Source: the human T2T-CHM13v2.0 reference genome, Homo sapiens
Assembly (NCBI RefSeq): GCF_009914755.1
Contig: NC_060938.1
Reading direction: 5' to 3' (one strand)
Length of the DNA: 64,000 nt
Below are positions 58,101-64,000 of this stretch, one piece after another. Numbering within the stretch: position 1 is the first letter of the stretch; each line of letters begins with the position of its first letter. Both the position numbers and the translations under genes were made by a program. The notes under the pieces are model-generated. The model saw only the letters and a list, made by a program, of their open reading frames with translations. It made no database searches and was not told where the DNA came from.

Positions 58101-59230
58101 TTCTATTCCATTCTATTCCACTCGGGTTTATTCCATTCCATTCCAATCCATTCCATTCCATTCCACTCGTGTTCTTTACATTCCATTCCATTCCATTCTA
58201 TCCCGTTCCTTTCCATTCTATTCCGTTCCATTCCATTCCCTTACACTGGTGTTCATTCCATTCCGTTCCGTTCCATTCCATTCCATTCATTTCCATTCCT
58301 TTCCATTGCACTCCACTCGTGTTCATTCCATTCCATTCCATTCTATTCCGTTCCATTCAATTAAATTCCAGTCCATTCCATTCCATTCCAGTTCATTCCA
58401 TTCCTTTCCATTCCATTCCATTCCATTCCATTCCATTCCATTCTCTTCCATTACATTCCATTCAATTCCATTCCGTTGCATTGGAATCGGGTTGATTCCA
58501 ATCCATTCCATTACATTCCAGTCTTTTCCATTCCACTCCATTCCACTTGGTTTGTTTCCATTACGTTGAATTGCATTCCATTCCATTCCATTCCATTGAA
58601 ATTCATTGCATTCCATTCCACTTGGTTTGTTTCCTTTCCATTCCATTAGTTTCCAATAAATTCCCTTCTATTCATTCCATTCCATTCCATTCCACTCATG
58701 TTGATTCCGTTCCATTCCATTCCATTCTAGTTGATTCCATTGCATTCCGTGCTGTTCCATTCCATTCCACTCCATTCGAATCCCTTCCACTTTGGTTGAT
58801 TCCATTCCATTACATTACATTCAATTCCATTCCATTGAATTCCATTCCATTGCATTCCATTCGGGTTGATTCCATTCCATTCCATTGCATTCCATTCCAT
58901 TCCATTCCATTTCCTTCCATTCCAGTTGATTCCATTCCATTCCATTCCATTCCATTCCATTCCATTCCATTCCATTCCACTAGGGTTGATTTCATTCGAT
59001 TCCGTTCCATTCCTGTTTTCCCTTCCATTCCATTCCATTCCATTCCACTCTGGTTGACTCCATTCCATGCCATTGCATTCCATTCCTTTCTATGAAATTC
59101 CATTCTTTTCCATTCCATTCCTTTCCACTCGAGTTGATTCCATTCCATTCTATTCCATTCTGTACCATTCCATTCCATTCCATTTCAATCGGGTTGATTC
59201 CATTCCATTCAATTCTATTCCATTCCATTC
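34130..59230 (+). repeat. ~13.8 kb tandem duplication within HSat3 (copy A ~34.1-47.9 kb; copy B ~47.9-59.2 kb with ~2.7 kb missing)
   Basis: Offsets of ~13.8-13.9 kb for 'actcaaggtaattc' (~34,252/~48,077), 'gtaaccttcggattg' (~34,755/48,591), 'taccttaaaatt' (~37,369/51,251) and 'agcattccacaaagtttg' (40,641/~54,513). Offsets then drop to ~11.2-11.5 kb for 'gatcccatagc' (45,081/~56,483), 'taccactacgttct' (~46,615/58,091) and 'tggaatcggg' (47,011/~58,482). Confidence 0.9.
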
Positions 59231-60618
59231 CATTCCATGCCACTCGGACTAATTCTATTCCATTCCATTCCATTGCATTCCCTTCCATTCCATTCCACTC
59301 TGGTGATTCCATTCCATTCCATTCCACCCGGGATAACTCCATTCCATTCCAATCCATTCCTCTCGGGTTGATTCTATTCCATTCCATTCCAATCCATTCC
59401 ATTCCATTCCATTCCATTCCATTCCATTCCATTCCTTTCCATTTGATTCAATTCCATTGAATTCCATTGCATTCCTTTCCATTCCAATGCATTCCACTCG
59501 GGTTGATTCCATTCCGTTCCATTCCATTCTTATGGTTTTGTATAAATTTTAGGATTTCTTTTCTATTTCTGTGAAGTGTGTTATTAGTATTTCAATAAGG
59601 ATTGCATTGAATCTGTAGATTGCTTAGTGAAGTATGGGTATTTTAATAATATTTACTCTTCCAATAAATGAACATGGACAATCTTTCCATTTTTTTTGTG
59701 TCCTCTTTAATTTTTTTGCATCGATATTTTATACTTTTCATTGTAGAGATCTTTCACTTCTTCTGTTATGTTTATTCCCAGTTATTTTATTTTATTTGTA
59801 GCTATTGTAAATGTGTTTACATTCTTGGTTTTCTTCTTTAGATTGTTCATTTTTGTCATTTAGAAATGCTACTCACTTTTGTAGCTTGATTTTGTATGTT
59901 GTGACCCTGAATTTGTTGATCCGTTCTAATAGTTTTTTGGTGGAGTCCTTAGGTTTTTCCAAATATAAGATCAAGTCATCTGCAAACAATAAAACTTTAA
60001 TAATTTTACTTCTTTCCAATGTGCATCCCTTTTATTGTTTTTCTCTTGTCTGAATTGCTCTAGCTAGGACTTCCAGTACTGTGTTGAGTAACAGTGTTGG
60101 AAGTGGACATTCTTGTCTTGTTCCAGATCTTAGAAGAAAGGCTTTCAGCTTTTCCCTGTTCAGGATGATACTGGCTGTGGGTCTGATGCATTTGGTTTTT
60201 ATTGTGTTGTGGTATGTTCCTTCTATATCTAGTTTTTTTTGAGGGTTTCTTTTTATCACAGGGATGTTGAATTTTATTAAATGCTTTTCATTATCAATTC
60301 AAATTATCATATGGTTTTTGTCCTTCATTCTGTTGATATGATGTGTCACATTGAGTGATTTGCATATGTTGAACCATGTTGGCATCATCGGGATAAATCC
60401 CACTTAGACGTGATGAATGGTCTTTTTCATAGGATGAGTTTGGAAATACTACAGCCTTCTCTCTTTTTTGGAATAGTTTGGGTAGGATTGATAGTAATTC
60501 TGCCTTCAATGTTTGGTAAAATTAATCCATGAAGCCAGTGAAGCCATTGAATCCAGGCTTCTCTTTGCTAGGAGATGTTTTATTGTGGCTTCAATTTCAT
60601 TTATCCATTTCTTCTAGG

Positions 60619-60906
60619 TTTTTTTTTTGAGATGGAATCTTGCTCTGTCACCCAGGCTGCTTCGTGGTACAATCTCAGCTCACTGCAGCCTCTGCCTCTC
60701 AGGTTCAAGTGATTTTCCTGCCTCAGCCTCTGCAGTAGCTGGAAGTACAGGTGCATGCCACCATACCTGGCTAATTTTTGTATTTGTAGTAGAGATGGGG
60801 TTTCACCATGTTGGCCAGGCTGGTCTTGAACTCCTGACCTCAGGTGATCACCTGCCTTGGCTTCCCAAAGTGTTGGGATTACAGGCATGAGCCACGGTGC
60901 CCAGCC
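60619..60906 (-). mobile_element. AluS (AluSx-like), full length
   Basis: Poly(T) at 60,619-60,628, two-arm Alu body, 'ctcctgacctcaggtgatc' and 'accatgttggccaggctggtc' as in Sx-type elements. Target-site duplication atttcttc(t/c)aggtttt at 60,607 and 60,907. Confidence 0.93.
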
Positions 60907-61332
60907 ATTTCTTCCAGGTTTTTCAATTTATTGGAATATAGTCGGTCATAATAGTTTCTAATGATTCTTTGAATTTCCACAGTGTCAGTTATAGTGTCTC
61001 CTTTTCAATCTCTGGTTTTATGTTTTGGAATCTTCTCTCTTTTTTCTTAGTCTGGTTAAGTGTTTGTTGATTTTGTTGGTCTTTTAAAAATATTAACTTT
61101 TCATTTCATTGATATTTTATATTGCTAAATTTCAATTTCATTTATTTCTGCTCCGACCTTTGCTATGTTTCCTTCTACTAATTTTGGTTTTGGTTTGTTC
61201 TTGCTTTTCTAATTATTTAAGATGCATTATTAGGTTGTTTATTTGAAGCTTTTCTACTTTTTTTGATGTAGGTGCTTTTTTCTATAAACTTACCTCTTAG
61301 TACTTTAGTACTGTTTTTACTGTATCCCATAG

Positions 61333-61633
<301 letters not shown>

Positions 61634-61654
61634 TCTACCCTAGGTTTTGGTTTG

Positions 61655-61742
61655 ACTTTAAACTTTTTCTTTTCTTGAAAACTCAGTGTCATGGTACCGG
61701 CTTCTTGTGCTTTGGGCAGTGAGACCCTTTTACTTGATAACA
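61655..61742 (+). mobile_element. Possible 3' end fragment of an ERV1-class LTR (MER34/MER39-like)
   Basis: '…ggcttcttgtgctttgggcagtgagacccttttacttgataaca' resembles ERV1 LTR U5 termini as I recall them and ends in the canonical CA. Short and unverified. Confidence 0.4.
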
Positions 61743-61774
61743 GTGGTAGCTGGGACAATTTGGCAATGTAAATA

Positions 61775-62005
61775 AATAAACAGCATCTAGATTGGAAAAG
61801 AAGAAGTACAGTTATCTTTATGTACAGATGACATGATCTTGCATTTAGAAAATCGTAAGAAATTTACTAAAAAGTATTAGGACTCATGAACAAATTTAAG
61901 AATGTAACACTGTATAAGATTGGTATACAAAAATAACTGTATTTCTTTACCAAGAAATCAAGAATCCAAAAATGGAATTACAAAAATAAATCTTGTTACA
62001 ATAGA
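61775..62005 (+). mobile_element. Second, more decayed LINE-1 (L1M) ORF2 fragment in the opposite orientation
   Basis: 'atctagattggaaaagaagaagtacagttatctttatgtacagatgacatgatcttgcatttagaaaat' translates to IGKEEVQLSLCTDDMILHLEN, a degenerate version of L1 RT IGKEEVKLSLFADDMIxYLEN. Confidence 0.8.
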
Positions 62006-62200
62006 ATTAAAGCTGGGGAAGCTTAAACTTGAACACTAAAAACTACAATACATGGTTAGCGTTGGAAACACCCAGATACCATCCCTGAGCCTTCTCTCCT
62101 TGGCTCTGAGGGCTTTACCTTCACGGGGTGAGGAAAGGGGTTGCATTCTTGGCTTTTACATTATATTAGGTGGGTTCGGGTTGAGGTATCTGCAATTCAA

Positions 62201-62265
62201 TGAGTATTACAATCTCTACTTTTATGGATAAGAGACTGAGGCCCACCAAGAGAGGGAATGACAGT
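62201..62265 (-). mobile_element. Possible MIR core fragment
   Basis: 'tattacaatctctacttttatggataagagactgaggcccac…agagggaatgac' resembles the antisense MIR core attatccccattttacagatgaggaaactgaggc. Short and diverged. Confidence 0.45.
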
Positions 62266-62585
62266 CCATATCCTGGAAGGCGAATTGTCAGGCACTGATT
62301 TCCGCTATTTAACCGCTGCCAATCATCAAGTATTTAAAGGATCCCCAGATACCATACCAATAGGTGTTCAAGAGAGAGGCCTGTAATCTAGGCGTCTGAG
62401 AAAACAAGGCTATAGATTCCAATATTAGAGACAACAGGGCTCTGGGAAGATTAAGGTTGAGTTTTCTGGATCTGCAGAATAGAGTCACTGAGGACCAATT
62501 GCAAGATCAGAGGAGATGAAAGAACAAGTCAGGGCATGCTTAGGAAAAGAGAATACCAGGGATAGGTTTTAGGCAGGAGTCACAC

Positions 62586-62990
62586 TGAGGAAGGACAGGT
62601 TCTTGGCGTCGCTCAGGATTAAATCCAAAAGCAAGCCTGTGGTGGAAGAAAGCAGCTCTACGGAGGCATTGGCGTTGTTACAACCCTGCATCCACTCCGG
62701 CAGGGCAAGGAGCCCTCCGTGGGTTGTGCTCCCAGAGCAGCAGCCTAGGGGTGGCTTGTAGTCACTTTTATAATTCACTTTTAATGGCATGCTAATTAAG
62801 GGGCGGGTTATTCAGAAATAGCTAGAAATGGGCAGTAACTTCCATCTGTTTCCATGGCAAGGGGTGGGGACTTCTCGTGATGACATGGCATTGGCAAACT
62901 GTCATGGCACTGGAGGGAGCGTCTTCTGGTGATCTGAGTTGTGAGGTGCTTTCGCTGCCTCTCCCAGTTTCCTGCGTGCCTCTTACCTGA
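62586..62990 (-). mobile_element. Solo ERV1 LTR of the MER4 group (MER66/MER41-like), ~405 bp
   Basis: The minus strand reads …ccagtgccatgacagtttgccaatgccatg…ggaagttact…ccgccccttaattagcat…tataaaag…gccaagaacc…cctca, segments I recognise from MER41/MER66-type LTRs. The 3' terminus CA maps to 62,586. The 5' end lies near 'ctcttacctga' (~62,990). Confidence 0.7.
62766..62807 (-). promoter_or_regulatory. Candidate LTR core promoter: TATAAAA plus GC box
   Basis: ttttata at 62,766-62,772 (TATAAAA on -). GGGGCGGG at 62,800-62,807 lies ~30 bp upstream on the - strand, with octamer-like ATGCTAAT at 62,789-62,796. Motif presence only; no evidence of activity. Confidence 0.4.
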
Positions 62991-63213
62991 AAGCCTATCA
63001 ACACCCCCATCTGCCCACCTACAAACGTCACTGCCCTTTCACCCCACCCCCGTTTCACACGCACTCCCACATCAACCCTGAGCTTTCAAGCCTGCGTTTC
63101 CCTGTTAGGAACATCGGTGGTAGCCAGAGCTCTGAGAAACCCCTATGCAGAACTCCTTGCCTAGTTTGTGGCAGAAATCAGGGAAGGAAAGGCAAATTTC
63201 AGGTCTTTCTCAC

Positions 63214-63260
63214 AATAAATAAATAAAGATAGGTAGATTTGATTGATTGATGGATGGATG
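63214..63260. repeat. Compound low-complexity tetranucleotide run (AAAT / GATA / GATT / GGAT)
   Basis: aataaataaataaagataggtagatttgattgattgatggatggatg. Confidence 0.6.
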
Positions 63261-63550
63261 AAACGTGGGAGTCTACGGGCAAATATTTATCAGACACTGG
63301 AAGTGAAAGTTGTCACAAAGATTATGGAGTGCACCTGTCTTATGACCCTGTTATTTTATCCTAGTATATGCACTAGAGCATATTTTCTAACTGTGTAAAT
63401 TGAAGGCTCACAAATTAGTTTAGTGAGAGAAAGGATAACAGATTGGAAGAGAATTACCATATTCATTAGTTGTGTTTTTAAAATTTTAAAGTAAAATAGA
63501 GACATGATTTTTTTCATGCTTTTGAATGCATCTATAAAAAATAGACTTGA

Positions 63551-63854
<304 letters not shown>

Positions 63855-64000
63855 TTAATAGCATAGACCAATTGGCCTCTATTGAAATTTCTCCATTATT
63901 TTCACAATGTCCCAGGCTGTGAAACCAGTATTTAATAAAGAACCAGAATGCCACATCTGTGTCACCTGGGTAGGGACCAGTCCTGATACATTAAGTCCGG

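Larger units (their letters stand above)
1..59529 (+). repeat. Human Satellite III (HSat3) array, (CATTC)n with interspersed ACTCGGGTTG decamer; runs off the left edge of the window
   Basis: Continuous ATTCC pentamers for 59.5 kb with recurrent ACTCGGGTTG (reverse complement CAACCCGAGT), the classical satellite III interspersed motif. The C-rich strand is + throughout. The last pentamers are 'attccattct' at 59,521-59,530. Confidence 0.98.

Noticed and set aside
45-59527. Hundreds of ORFs (up to 432 aa) reading IPFHS or MEWNG repeats
   Set aside because: Pure (CATTC)n has no stop codon in any frame on either strand, so long overlapping ORFs in all six frames are expected. They show no domain content or gene structure.
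1-59529. CRISPR-like appearance of a recurring motif separated by variable stretches
   Set aside because: The intervening sequence is itself pentamer repeat rather than unique spacers, there are no cas genes, and the context is primate DNA with Alu and L1.
1-59529. Possible HSat2, alpha satellite or CENP-B boxes, or an internal inversion
   Set aside because: CATTCGATTC-type HSat2 units are only sporadic. I saw no 171 bp monomers or CENP-B boxes, and no switch to GGAAT on the + strand.
1-59529. Non-B DNA potential (GGA-mismatch hairpins on the GGAAT strand, i-motif on the C strand)
   Set aside because: An established generic property of this pentamer; nothing locus-specific is visible.
59811-60509. 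ORFs with reverse transcriptase similarity as an active RT gene
   Set aside because: Short, frameshifted and deleted remnants of an old L1 ORF2; not an intact coding sequence.
62175-62184. Isolated TTCGGGTTGA resembling the HSat3 decamer in the flank
   Set aside because: A single 10-mer with no flanking pentamers, noticed after the fact; compatible with chance.
63278-63300. 'caaatatttatcagacact' resembling an L2 fragment
   Set aside because: Too short to support a call.

Overview
Primate (most likely human) pericentromeric or acrocentric-type heterochromatin edge. Bases 1 to ~59,529 are one uninverted Human Satellite III (HSat3) array: (CATTC)n on the + strand and (GGAAT)n on the - strand, punctuated by the decamer ACTCGGGTTG (CAACCCGAGT) and its variants. 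The array is layered. A left domain (1 to ~26 kb) is built from ~0.8-1.7 kb monomer variants and holds a near-identical 7.3 kb tandem duplication. A ~1.75 kb variant monomer follows (26.4-30.5 kb). A right domain is built on a ~350-400 bp sub-repeat and holds an older ~13.8 kb tandem duplication whose second copy lacks ~2.7 kb. The satellite stops abruptly inside a truncated old L1 ORF2 fragment. The last 4.5 kb is a patchwork of decayed retroelements (L1, three Alus, ERV1-type LTR pieces, a possible MIR). I find no credible protein-coding gene, RNA gene or CRISPR array: the ORF track consists of translations of the pentamer, L1, Alu and other flank sequence. I cannot support a new protein-based system here. 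The real signal is repeat architecture, the array/flank junction, and a candidate LTR promoter facing the array. Coordinates and counts were read by eye and are approximate. Repeat subfamily calls rest on my recall of consensus sequences, not on a database search.
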